From the NCBI GenBank assembly GCA_965223295.1, contig CBDCWC010000003.1:1856001-1920000 (forward strand): DNA of 64,000 bases. The letters are read 5' to 3'. Source of the DNA: Nitrospirales bacterium (GTDB lineage Bacteria > Nitrospirota > Nitrospiria > Nitrospirales > UBA8639). This document shows, piece after piece, positions 63,583 through 64,000 of this stretch; position 1 is the first letter of the stretch; each line of letters starts with the position of its first letter. Below the pieces are notes generated by a model. That model was not told the DNA's origin. It was given only the letters and a program-made list of their open reading frames with translations, and searched no databases. The position numbers were made by a program, and so were the translations under genes.

Positions 63583-64000
63583 ATATCAATATAAAGCGTG
63601 ACTGTCAATCAAAAATACATGCGGAAAAGAAGGAAAAAGCATGCTGAAAAGCTAGGCTAGCTTTTTGTGCTTCTTGTTGAAGGTGGGAAAAGGGCTTCTA
63701 GGCTTGAGCAAGGCTTGAGCATGTATAGGATGGGATCCTTAGGGCGCTGTGGATCACTCCAAGCTAGGACAGTATCCAACTGTGCTCAGTGGTGAGAAAT
63801 GATCATTGCGATCATAGAAAAGCTCTGTAGAGACCACTCATCTTTATTAGATCGAAGACCGCAATTACAGGTACCTTATCAGGCCGCATGTGGTCACCCC
63901 TATGTTCATGCTCATACTCTAGAGAAACATGTTGAAGTTCTATGTTGGGCTGTCGAGGGGAAAATAGTTTTTGAGGGAGGATGGCAGAGAAGGTGAAAAG

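Noticed and set aside
63700-63721. 11-bp tandem repeat AGGCTTGAGCA x2
   Set aside because: Only two units with no supporting context; could be chance duplication
63799-63996. 65-aa ORF at the window end
   Set aside because: No recognisable motif; cannot be supported as a gene

Overview
Mostly core chromosome of a bacterium that looks like Nitrospirota (inferred from a UBact-type modifier, the variant EF-Tu switch I and the gene set). Left end: rpsA(3' part)-sppA-ihfB, a 4x PCP_red-repeat gene, RNase HI, a TPR lipoprotein, tRNA-Val, an isolated UBact gene and a bifunctional Rel. From ~8.5 to 42 kb there is one co-oriented translation/transcription supercluster (tRNA-Tyr/Gly/Thr-tuf-rpmG-tRNA-Trp-secE-nusG-rplKAJL-rpoBC-str-S10-spc-alpha). 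It is followed by lptCAB-rpoN-rapZ, pilMNOP (no pilQ), aroC-aroB, a GAF-GAF-ANTAR regulator, nadE-glnD, galE, and a minus-strand cluster (two small Zn-finger genes, a degenerate peroxiredoxin, a PIN/TRAM gene) behind a near-perfect Fur box. Main observations: (1) an ANTAR RNA switch (AxxGxx hexaloop hairpins overlapping a terminator that also hides the RBS) between the ANTAR gene and nadE-glnD; (2) rplJ and rplL form one reading frame with an internal SD+ATG; (3) six copies of a ~190-bp nested MITE, with 5-bp target duplications on the five complete copies and REP-like inserts in two, plus a second MITE type; (4) a 1-nt frameshift in the second tuf and an in-frame amber in the PIN/TRAM gene. 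All calls are by eye; no searches or folding programs were run.
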